From Mobula hypostoma (Eukaryota), in contig NC_086108.1 in NCBI RefSeq assembly GCF_963921235.1, positions 74,774,001-74,838,000 of the forward strand: 64,000 nucleotides of DNA, read 5' to 3'. Shown one piece after another: positions 38,221 through 49,640 of this stretch. Below the pieces are notes generated by a model. It searched no databases. It saw only the letters and a program-made list of their open reading frames with translations, and was not told the DNA's origin. Position numbers and translations under genes: made by a program. Position 1 is the stretch's first letter, and each line of letters starts with the position of its first letter.

Positions 38221-39103
38221 GCAACACACATAAAAATTGCTGGTGAACGCAGCAGGCCAGGCAGCATCTCTAGGAAGAGGTACAGTCGACGTTTTGGGCT
38301 GAGACCCTTCGTCAGGACTAACTGAAAGAAGAGCTAGTAAGAGATTTGAAAGGGGGAGGGGGAGATCCAAAATGATAGGAGAAGACAGGAGGGAGAGAGA
38401 TGGAGCCAAGAGCTGGACAGTTGATTGGCAAAGGGGATACGAGAGGGTCATGGGACAGGAGGCCTAGGGAGAAAGAAAGGGGGAGGGGGGAAGCTCAGAG
38501 GATGGGCAAGGGGTATAGTGAGAGGGACAGAGGGAGAAAAAGGAGAGAGAGAAAAAGGATGTGTGTATAAAAATAAATAACGGATGGGGTATGAGGGGGA
38601 GGTGGGGCATTAGCGGAAGTTTGAGAAGTCAATGTTCAGGCCATCAGGTTGGAGGCTACCCAGACGGAATATAAGGTGTTGTTCCTCCAACCTGAGTGTG
38701 GCTTCATCTTTACAGTAGAGGAGGCCCTGGATAGACATATCAGAATGGGAATGGGATGTGGAATTAAAATGTGTGGCCACTGGGTGATCCTGCTTTCTCC
38801 GGCGGACAGAACGTAGATGTTCAGCGAAATGATCTCCCAGACTGCATCGGGTCTCGCCAATATATAGAAGGCCACATCAGGAGCACTGGACGCAGTATAT
38901 CACCCCAGCCGACTCACAGGTGAAGTGTTTACTAGTAAGAGATAATCTCTTACTAGCTCTTCTTTCAGTTAGTCCTGACGAAGGGTCTCATCCCGAAACG
39001 TCGACTGTACCTCTTCCTAGAGATGCTGCCTGGCTTGCTGCGTTCACCAGCGACTTTTATGTGTGCTGCTTGAAATTCCAGCATCTGCAGACTTCCTCGT
39101 GTT
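38221..39103 (-). mobile_element. 5'-truncated Penelope-like element with an inverted second pLTR
   Basis: GIY-YIG C-terminal part on the minus strand (about 38610-38928); pLTRs in opposite orientation; 13-bp TSD tacattaccttaa (38208-38220 / 39104-39116). Confidence 0.93.
38971..39006 (+). ncRNA. Minimal type I hammerhead ribozyme motif with an intact core
   Basis: AGTC-CTGACGA-a-GGG(tctcat)CCC-GAAA-CG-TC-GACT. Stem I is AGTC/GACT, stem II is GGG/CCC, a palindromic ACGT replaces stem III, and the predicted cut is after C39002. Confidence 0.8.
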
Positions 39104-39329
39104 TACATTACCTTAATAATTTTTCTTTTTGTTTGCTCCCTTTTTGCACTGGCTATTTAATTTACTATATATTATTGTAATTTATAGTTTATTATTATTC
39201 TGTAATGCAATGAACTACTGCTGCAAAATAACAAATTTCACAACGTATTCCTCTGACTTTAAACCCAAGCCTGATGCTGATTCTGATGGAGCAGAACTGG
39301 AATTATGGTCATGGAAAATGTGGTACCTA

Positions 39330-39970
39330 CAGTATCTTTGACCTGCACAGCTGGAGTAAAGAGCGCCTGTTCCAACATTAGAAGATAATGTTACAGTCAT
39401 AGCTAGGGTCATTCTGGTTGGTGGAGCCACTGATGGAATTGTGCTTGGTTGTTGGGGTCACTCTTCTAAACAGGTGTACAGTGGTACTGGGGGTCGCAAC
39501 TGTATTGGCATATAGCCTGAAATGACACTAGTAGGCAAGTTACAGGTAGCTAGAGTTATAGCTGTTGGGCAGAATCAAACTAGTGGACAGGATACAGCTG
39601 GATGCTGGGGTCATACTAGTGGGTGGAGCCACATTAATAGGCAGTGGGTAGAACCACTATAGTGTACTGGATACAACTGGAGCCTGAGGTCACTCTAATG
39701 GGCAGGCTCATATCTTGTAGGTGGGATGGTAACTGCTTCATTGGGTCACTCTAGTGAGTAAGTTTATAGCTGATAGGAGGGGTCACAGCTGGTTGTTGGG
39801 GATCACGTTAATAGGCAGGGTTACCACTGAACGATGGTGCCACACAAGCAGGCAGGATTATAGCTGGTAGCTGGAATTATAGCTATAACTGGTGGCAAGG
39901 GTCAAACTTAGGGACAGGGTGGGTCATCGTTGGTGTGTGGGAAGGACATCATACGCTGTGGTTGGGATCA
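39330..39970. repeat. Degenerate G-rich minisatellite
   Basis: Recurrent subunits of about 16-18 nt: 'gggtcac(t/a)ctagtgggc' and 'aggatacagctgg'. Confidence 0.6.
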
Positions 39971-42913
39971 CAAGAGGATGGGGTTTCCTGCTGATGGAGC
40001 ATTTCATAACCTGATCTCCTGATTGCCTCCCACCTCTACAGCTCCTGAGTCATCCCACAGCAGCCATCCTAGTGGCTTTTTAGGTAGGTTTATCTCTTTA
40101 TCCACAACTTATTTCTGAGTTGAAAGGCAATATAATGCTATTGATGTTTTCTAGATGAGCATTGGATTAAAACTATTCAATACCACTTTACTTAGCAATG
40201 AACAGCTGTGAGCAAATGTGTCAATACTTCCATCAATCTGGCTGCGTTTAAACTTGGGTTGCATAGGTGAAAGGTCAATGTTCTCACTAACCGTGCCACC
40301 CAGTCTCCTGATGATTTATGAAGTGCTTTGGATGTGTGTTTTAATTGCTTTAGAATAAGTCTGGGATGCTTCTCTTGGTGATTAGCATACTGTTCTCACA
40401 ATAATCAACTTAGACTAGATTCTTAAAGCAAGGGAAAATGAGTTTAGAATTATAGTTCTAACAGTAAATTTTAAAGAATTATGACTTTCTTTAACCTAGG
40501 CAAATTTTGGACTTCTTGAATTTCTCTGGTTCATCAGAAGAAATGCAGTAACACTGAAGAGATGGGAAATTAGTTGCAAACAGTGGAACATGGTTTCACA
40601 ATGCAGTTTGGGCACAGGTTAAGAGATTTGAGAAAGAATGTTTGAAAATTCAGATTATCATTTCAAATTCTGCAAATCCTCCTCCCAGATGTTCTCGTGC
40701 CTACAATGAAGATTAATGCAAGTGATGGAAGAAAAATGCAGTATAACTTGATTTGATGGCAAAAGACCCAGTGAGTTGCCTAAGTGTCTTCATGCTTGCG
40801 ATGGAGATAAACACTCAAACACTGTAAACTATTTTTCTGTTGAGACTCTGTTGCACAGAATTAAGTTCATAAAAGAAAACCACAACCCAGTGTTTTATAT
40901 TGTTAATTATCATTATTTATTTCATAAGAACATTGTAATGCAATCCCTGTTTCGTGTACTATGACTGCAATGACCCCAAACTGGTCCTTTTTCCAGAGGA
41001 AATGTCATAACTAAAGAAAGTGCACCTGACAAAATATAACAGCAGCTGTAGTGCCCCACAACTTCACAGCAGTGAAGCACACAATTTAAAATACTTTTTA
41101 ATTCTCTATTTTGTCAACATCGATTTCTTGTTTCAGGTTTTGCAAAAATCCCAGTGGCTTATTTGGAACTTCGGTCCCCTGCTGCGTAATATATACAGAG
41201 AAAGCCATCTGCTTTCTCACTGAACACTATATCACTCTTCACACATTCCTGACTGACAGATTCGGGGTCCACCATAAACACTTTGCAATGAGCTATGGAA
41301 ATGGGTCTGTGGAGTTGGAGATCTGGAGCCCCAGATTCCTCATGCTGATGGGAAGTGCTGTCACTGTGATTACCAGATGTGGATGAAAGCAGCAGCATAT
41401 TTTATTATTGTTTTTCTAGGAACTAGAGAAGGATTTTTATTGAGAAATGTCCAGAAACCAAACAAGTCATGGGAGAAACTGCTGTGCCATGGGGATTTTT
41501 GGAGGTGCAAAAATGATACAGATTAGTCAGCTCATTACTTGAGAACTCCCTTGACACAATAAAGGGCAGGGCTTCAAAATTGCTTTAACCCCTGCAAGAA
41601 TCAATGTTTTGGAGACATGCAGGTTTTCTTTCATGTAACAATTGGAAAATGGAATTTAGTTTAAAGTAAATTGCTTACAATGAATTTCATAAAAATCAAG
41701 TCAAAGACCAAAATACATTCATCAGCTGCCCAGGGAATTTTCAGAGTACTACTGGCACTAGCTAAGTGCAAACTGCTATGTCTATGGTAAACTGTGATAC
41801 AATTCTAGATAAAATTTAGTTGTGGCTCGTGTGAGTTCTCTTTAATAGAGTAAAATAGTGAATCAGCAATGTGACGGCATTGCCTAGTAATACTGATAAA
41901 AGTGTGCAAATCTTTTTCTAATGGTTTTCTTTAATAGTTCAAGAATTACTTAATTTTTATTCTTTTTTGACACACCTTTGATTAACTTCATTCATGAAGT
42001 TTTTGTTTTGCAGGGAGGAATCTTGTAGAGCATGGAAAGGTTTTGGCTGTAGCGGCTCTATGTTCGGTAAATAATCAACTTGTATCCAAATATTCACTTT
42101 GCTCTCTCTCTGTTTAGAACACTATGTGCTGCACCACAAACCAATATAACGTAAGATTAAAATTTTATTCAGCAATATGATGGAGAATATGATACATCAA
42201 AGAAAGATGTGCCAGTGCCACGGACTAGACTTTTGTGAGACCACAGTTGAGCATTGTCTGCAGCTTCGACTTCCTTAGCTAAGAAAATATATGCTCTACG
42301 TGGAGTGCAACAGAGGTACAGAGGTCCACAGGCGTATTGCTGGGATGATAGGACTCTCATATGAGGAGAAAATGAATTGAATAAACCCATATACTTGTTG
42401 TCACAGAGTACTACAGCACAGAAACAGGCCCTTCAGCCCATCTAGTCCATGCCAAACTATTATTCTGCTTTGCCCCATCATTATACTCTAACGATTTAAA
42501 AGAAGGATAGTGATCTCCTTAAAATGTATGAAATTCTAACAGGGTTAAGATGGATTGGATGCAGAGAGAATATCGAAGGGATGCAGGGAATCAAAGTTTC
42601 AACATACATGGTAAGATATTTCAAATTTCTTTATTCAGAAGATGAAAAACGTGGAATTCTTGATCACAGAAGGCATTAGAGGACAGGCCAACTCTATTTT
42701 TAAGAAAGACTAGACTTTGCATTGACGAACTGTCTCAGTCATTTTGGAATCATGGTTGGAAATTTTGATTTCTCAATGCTTCTGCAATACCATATTCAAT
42801 GGTAAATCATATCCATATAGTTGAATGATTTATTCCTGCTCCTACTTTCAATAGTATGGAGGGAATTGTAGTATGCAATGTTTCAGCATCTAAGGCATCA
42901 CTGCTAATTTTAG

Positions 42914-45407
42914 CAACATACATCAAAGTTGCTGGTGAACGCAGCAGGCCAAGCAGCATCTATAGGAAGAGGCGCAGTCGACGTTTCAGGCCAAGACCCT
43001 TTGTCAGGACTAACTGAAGGAAGAGTGAGTAAGGGATTTGAAGGCTGGAGGGGGAGGGGGAGATGCAGAATGATAGGAGAAGACAGGAGGGGGAGGGATA
43101 GAGCCGAGAGCTGGACAGGTGATAGGCAAAAGGGGATACGAGAGGATCATGGGACAGGAGGTCCGGGAAGAAAGACAAGGGGGGGGGTGACCCAGAGGAT
43201 GGGCAAGAGGTATATTCAGAGGGACAGAGGGAGAAAAAGGAGAGTGAGAAAAAGGAGAGTGAGAGAAAGAATGTGTGCATAAAAATGAGTAACAGATGGG
43301 GTACGAGGGGGAGGTGGGGCCTTAGCGGAAGTTAGAGAAGTCGATGTTCATGCCATCAGGTTGGAGACTACCCAGACGGAATATAAGGTGTTGTTCCTCC
43401 AACCTGAGTGTGGCTTCATCTTTACAGTAGAGGAGGCCGTGGATAGACATGTCAGAATGGGAATGGGATGTGGAATTAAAATGTGTGGCCACTGGGAGAT
43501 CCTGCTTTCTCTGGCAGACAGAGCGTAGATGTTCAGCAAAGTGGTCTCCCAGTCTGCGTCGGGTCTCACCAATATATAAAAGGCCACATCGGGAGCACCG
43601 GACGCAGTATATCACCCCAGTCGACTCACAGGTGAAGTGACGCCTCACCTGGAAGGACTGTTTGGGGCCCTGAATGGTGGTAAGGGAGGAAGTGTAAGGG
43701 CATGTGTAGCACTTGTTCCGCTTACACGGATAAGTGCCAGGAGGGAGATCAGTGGGCAGGGATGGGGGGGATGAATGGACAAGGGAGTTGTGTAGGGAGC
43801 GATCCCTGTGGAATGCAGAGGGGGGGGGAGGGAAAGATGTGCTTAGTGGTGGGATCCCGTTGGAGGTGGCGGAAGTTACGGAGAATAATATGTTGGACCC
43901 GGAGGCTGGTGGGGTGGTAGGTGAGGACCAGGGGAACCCTATTCCTAGTGGGGTGGTGGGAGGATGGAGTGAGAGCAGATGTACGTGAAATGGGGGAGAT
44001 GCGTTTAAGAGCAGAGTTGATAGTGGAGGAAGGGAAGCCCCTTTCTTTAAAAAAGGAAGACATCTCCCTCGTCCTAGAATGAAAAGCCTCATCCTGAGAG
44101 CAGATGCGGCGGAGACGGAGGAATTGCGAGAAGGGGATGGCGTTTTTGCAAGAGACAGGGTGAGAAGAGGAATAGTCCAGATAGCTGTGAGAGTCAGTAG
44201 GCTTATAGTAGACATCAGTGGATCAGCTGTCTCCAGAGACAGAGACAGAAAGATCTAGAAAGGGGAGGGAGGTGTCGGAAATGGACCAGGTAAACTTGAG
44301 GGCAGGGTGAAAGTTGGAGGCAAAGTTAATAAAGTCAATGAGTTCTGCATGCGTGCAGGAAGCAGCGCCAATGCAGTCGTCGATGTAGCGAAGGAAAAGT
44401 GGGGGACAGATACCAGAATAGGCACAGAACATAGATTGTTCCACAAAGCCAACAAAAAGGCAGGCATAGCTAGGACCCATACGGGTGCCCATAGCTACAC
44501 CTTTAGTTTGGAGGAAATGGGAGGAGCCAAAGGAGAAATTATTAAGAGTAAGGACTAATTCCGCTAGACGGAGCAGAGTGGTGGTAGAGGGGAACTGATT
44601 AGGTCTGGAATCCAAAAAGAAGCATAGAGCTTTGAGACCTTCCTGATGGGGGATAGAAGTATATAAGGACTGGACATCCATGGTGAAATTAAAGCGGTGG
44701 GGGTCAGGGAACTTAAAATCATCGAAAAGTTTAAGAGCGTGAGAAGTGTCACGAACATAGGTCGGAAGGGATTGAACAAGGGGTGATAAAACAGTGTCGA
44801 GGTATGCAGGAATGAGTTCGGTGGGGCAGGAGCAAGCTGAGACAATAGGTCGGCCAGGACAGGCAGGTTTGTGGATCTTGGGTAGGAAGTAGAAACGGGA
44901 AGTGTGGGGTGTGGGAACTATAAGGTTGGTAGCAGTGGATGGGAGATCCCCTGAGCGGATAAAGTCGGTGATGGTGTGGGAGACAATGGCCTGGTGCTCC
45001 TTAGTGGGGTCATGATCGAGGGGTAAATAAGAGGAGGTATCCGCGAGTTGTTGCTGCGCTTCGGCAAGGTAGAGGTCAGTACGCCAGACTACAACAGCAC
45101 CCAGCTTATCAGCGGGTTTAATAATAAGGTTAGGATTAGTGCGGAGGGAGTGGAGAGCAGAGCGTTCCGAAGGAGTGAGGTTGGAATGGGAACCAGGTGC
45201 GGTGAAGTCGAGACGGTTGATGTCCCGTCGGCAGTTGGCAATAAAGAGATCCAGAGCAGGCAGAAGACCAGAGCGGGGTGTCCATGAAGAAGAGGAGGGT
45301 TGAAGACGGGAGAAGCGGTCATCGGTGGGGGTGGAAGAGTCCTGGCTGAAGAAGTAGGCTCGGAGACGGAGACGGCGGAAGAAAAGTTCCGCATCGTGGA
45401 AAAGTTC
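42914..45407 (-). mobile_element. Young 5'-truncated Penelope-like element (RT plus GIY-YIG endonuclease plus pLTR)
   Basis: Perfect 15-bp TSD cactgctaattttag (42899-42913 / 45408-45422); pLTR at about 42914-43035. Confidence 0.96.
43322..45400 (-). pseudogene. Penelope RT-GIY-YIG ORF with one premature stop (44223) and one frameshift (poly-G run near 43820)
   Basis: KPADK, LPKIHK...GRPIVS, DVQSLYT, GVAMG and RYIDD; CKRNKCYTC linker; VIYCVRCSRCGLLYIGET...EH and LEEQHLI...GMN. Confidence 0.95.
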
Positions 45408-48053
45408 CACTGCTAATTTTAGTTGAAGAGGCAACAAAAAGCTATTTTTATTAAAGGTGGAAATGAATCTCAGGGTTGTATATGGGAGATGTATATGTAG
45501 TTTGATAATAAATTTACTTTGAACTCTTGGGTTAGAAAAATAGAGTATTTAGGCTTGGGCATAGTGATGGTGATGGATGAATTTACAGATAGACACAATA
45601 ATGAGGTGATGGCTGAATGTAAGTAAGCAGATGAGTTTTTAAAAAAATAACTTTTGGAAGAGCATCACTTCAATTTGCATGTGTCTGATTCTTTCTGAAG
45701 AAAAAATTTTTTTGTTGTTGATGTCATTGAATCCATAGTTTGGTGTAACAGGGTTGGGAAATTGAAATATGAAACTAAAATTGGCTAGTTAATTGCATTC
45801 AAAATGATTGACATGGACAACTCAATTACTATTTTCACTGCATGTTATGCTAATAGGACTGGAATTTCCAATCCTTATTCTATATAATAACTATATAATA
45901 TTTACAGTAATTTCCAATCTACTGAATGCTTTCTCAATCCTATACTACATAGAAACTTCAATGATAGAGCCATAATTGTTCCGGGTAATTTCTGCTGTTA
46001 TACAAAAGGATGCGTTGGAATTTCATAACAGCTTTGACAATATCAGTGCAGAAAAATAACCTAATATTTTGCTTGAAATTTTAACTTTATTTTACAGATG
46101 CTGGTGGAGCTGTTGATCTATTTATTTGCGTCTGTCTTCAGTGTCGTTTACTATCTTTTAAAAATATATTAGGCTCTTTAAATGATCCATTAAGAACAAA
46201 GACAAAAAAAAATGTAATATGAGAAAAACATTAAACTTCTTGTGTTCCATGACTTAAGTCAAAAGATATTAACTGCAGACCACATCTCTACAAGTAACTG
46301 TCATGATCTGCTGTAAAAAGTTAAGCCTTCCCCAACCATTATAATGTACCAATAATAGGAGCTAACATCATTGGTAAGATATAATTGGATGATACTTTGT
46401 CACTTGCACTTTTGTGAGGTTAATATGACCCACCATAGTTAACTTTATTTCAAAATTATCATCAGTCCCTGTGATATGTAATATCGTTAATTATGAGAAT
46501 CTCAGTACCTTAGTACTCAAGGCTGTGATACATCTACACTCATGTAGCAAATAGATTATCATTGCTTAGGACTCATTTTGGAAAGCTCTGCAGGAATAAT
46601 TAAAGAGAAAAAAAAATTCGCTTGGTCTGATTCTAGGCAAATATTATAATCCACCGAGAAAATTTAGCCTTAATTAAAATTGCAGGCTAATTTTTAACAT
46701 TTTTGTGGCCACTCATTATTGTTGAAACATTGTTGGAAATTCCAGGGCTGACAGACCACCCATTGTTTAGAAGATTCGGATCTAGCAATCTTAGCTTATT
46801 TCACAGATGTGTTGGCATTGTTTTTTAAAGCAAAATCTTGATCTAATCAGCTCTCTGCGGTAGATAGGCAGATTATGCATGAAAATCTATTTCTTTGTTA
46901 TGGGGTGATTACTCTGACAGAGATCATGTACTCCATTGTTTCTTTGGTAGTCCACACACAGTCGATACCCTTAACAAGAGTCAAAAGTAGTATTTGAGAC
47001 ATTAGTGGATAATGTTTTGTGGTTTGGATATCTGTGATAGAGCATGGTAAATTTTTTGGGAAAATATAACCTGCCTCAACTTTACATTTCAATGATGATT
47101 TATCTTGCAGCCTCTCTACGTTAATTTCCTGTTAAAAAAACTTCATTGTTGCTTGTCAATTAGGCGAACTGGAACATTTTTATTAATTTAAAGATGTTAT
47201 ATATCTACTTCAAGCATTATTGCATGATTATGAATTACTTATGGCCACATTTTGCCATCGTAAGCATGTGTTTCTAATTGTCTATTTTTAACTGTCATAT
47301 TTTGTTAGATTGGTATTATTGGTATCTCGTTAAGGTATCTAATTGTCATTTGCTTTCATAGTAATTTTATGTGGACTTATTAATATTCTGAACCTGATAT
47401 TGAACCAGATATAATAGACCATACAGGAAATTCTCCCAGGGAAAGCAGAAGAAAACAATGAAGGTAGAGGTTTCCTTATACATTATTGAAATGTAAGCAA
47501 CATGAGTGCAACTGGGTGCATAATTATAACTTAGTAGAATGTTGAGCAAAATTTATTTGTTAAGCACCATGGCCAGCATTTATTATATTCTCAAACATAA
47601 ATGTACTTATGTTTTACAGATAAAATCATGTTTTAAGCAATTCTCTTATCCATTTGTTTTGGTATTGCTAGATTAAGTTATCTGCATCATTGTATTGATG
47701 TTCTCTGCTTAGGACTGTTTCCTTCTTTTCCACAGCCAATTACTTAACTTTCCTTTAGTTGTTTGCAAAGCTGAGTTGTCTAATGAAATAGGAAATGAAT
47801 ACAGAAAAGAATGAGAAAAAATCTGGAATCCAACTGGCCAAATTAGTGCATCTAGGCCATTTTTGCCTTCAAGTAGCCACCTAATGTTCTTCAGAAATTT
47901 TACAGCATTTTAGTCATTCTGTGTTCTATTCTCAACTCAATGCTATTCCAGGAAAGGCATTCCACAAATTCTCACCTTCCTCCTTAAAACATTAAATGTG
48001 AAATTCTGTAATTTGAGGACAAGAAGATCTGAGGACAATTCTGTGATTTGAGG

Positions 48054-48184
48054 ACTATTTTGCATGCCGCAGATCCCAAGGAGATACTGGACTGTGTAGA
48101 GGGAGAGATAATTTAAAAGAAGTGAACAGGGGCAATCAGCACTTTTTGCATGCCACAGTTCCCAAGGAGACACTGGATTGTGCA
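48054..48184 (+). repeat. Direct repeat pair of about 44 bp just upstream of the CR1 5' end
   Basis: actattttgcatgccgcagatcccaaggagatactggactgtgta (48054-48098) versus actttttgcatgccacagttcccaaggagacactggattgtgca (48141-48184). Confidence 0.85.
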
Positions 48185-48706
48185 TAATTAGGCAGTTGGC
48201 AAGTTCTAATAAAAAGATTTAAGTGGAGTGACCATTGTGTGAGCGGTCATTGTGCGAGTGGGCCAGTGTTAGAGTGGGGAGCTGAGGCTTTGGCTCATCA
48301 AGGCTTCAGCGAGGAGAGGCATAGATTACAGTCAGACTTGTTTTGTTATTTATTCTTTCTTTCTTATTCCACATTTAGAGCAGTGGGGATGCCAGGCGGG
48401 ATAGTGGAATGCTCCTCTTGTGGGATGTAGGAAGGCAGGAAGACCTCCAGTGCTCCTGATGAATACTTCTGCAAGAAGTGCATCTAGCTGCAGCTTCTAA
48501 CAGATCATGTTAAGGATGGTCTCTAGATCATTCAGGAGGCTGAGGGTTGATAGATAGGATATACAGTTGAGGGAAGTAGTTACAGACAAGGTGTAGACAT
48601 AGGTAACTGGGTGACTGTTGTGAGGGTGAAAGCAGATAGGCAGCCAGTGCAGAGTACCACTGTAGCCATTCCACTCAACAACAGGAATACCACTTTGGAT
48701 ACTGTT

Positions 48707-49640
48707 GACGCAACATCCACCGATTCTTCTTTGTCTATCTTGCTTGTTATTTCTTCAAAGAATTCTAACAGATTTATCAGGCAAGATTTTCTCTCCAGGA
48801 AACCATGCTGATCATGGCCTAGTTTATCATGTTCCTCCAAGTACTCCAAAACCACATCCTTAACAATCGACTCCAACATCTTCCCAGCCACTGAAGTCAG
48901 ACTAACTGGCCTATAATTTCCTAACTTCTGCTTCTCTCCCTTCTTGAAGAGTGGAGTGACATTTTTGCAATTTTCAGTCTTCCGGAACCATTCCAGAATC
49001 TAGTGATTCTTGAAAGATTATTACTAATGCCTCCACGATCTCTTCAGCCACCTCTTTAAGAAACCTTGGTGTAGACCATCTGGTCCAGGTGACTTAACTA
49101 CTTTCAGACCTTTCAGTCTCCCAAGAACCTTTTCCCTAGTAATGGCAACCTCACACTCTTCTGCCCCCAACACTCTCGAACTTCTGGCAACCTGCTAGTG
49201 TCTTCCATTGTGAAGACTGATGCAAAATACTTATTCTTTTCATCCACCATTTCCTTGTCCCCCATTACTATCTCTCCAGCATCATTTTCTAGCAGTCCAA
49301 TATATTCTGTTGCCTCTTTTTTACACTTTATATATTTGATGAAACTTTTGGTTTTCTCTTTAATATTATTGACTAGCTTACCTCCATATTCCATCTTTTC
49401 CTTCTTCATAACCTCTTAGTTGCCTTCTGTTTGTTTTTAAAAGCTTTCCAAGTCTCTGCCATAATCCCTGCTAGTGTTCCCTTCCAATCAATTTTGGCCA
49501 GTTCTTCTTTCATGCCTCTGTAATTCCCCTTTACGCCACTGTAATACTGATACATCTGACTTTAGTCTCTCCTCAAATTGTAGGGTGAATTGTATCATAT
49601 TATGAGCACTGTCCCCTAAGGACTCCTTTACCTTAAGCTA
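48707..49640 (-). mobile_element. Opposite-strand CR1 ORF2 fragment of the same family as 16.3-17.4 kb
   Basis: GKMLESIVKD...QHGFL...LLEFFEEITSKIDK and LENDAGEIVMGDKEM. Confidence 0.88.

Larger units (their letters stand above)
35560..39287 (+). mobile_element. Near full-length decayed Rex1/Babar LINE (APE endonuclease plus RT)
   Basis: CVLCFLETWL (about 35775), [40 protein letters not shown] and FYRCTMENIL; tail 'cctgatgctgattctga'. Its 3' UTR is interrupted by a Penelope element. Confidence 0.92.

Noticed and set aside
46658..46695. Small inverted repeat aaaatttagcct...aggctaattttt
   Set aside because: Short and AT-rich; expected by chance in 64 kb.
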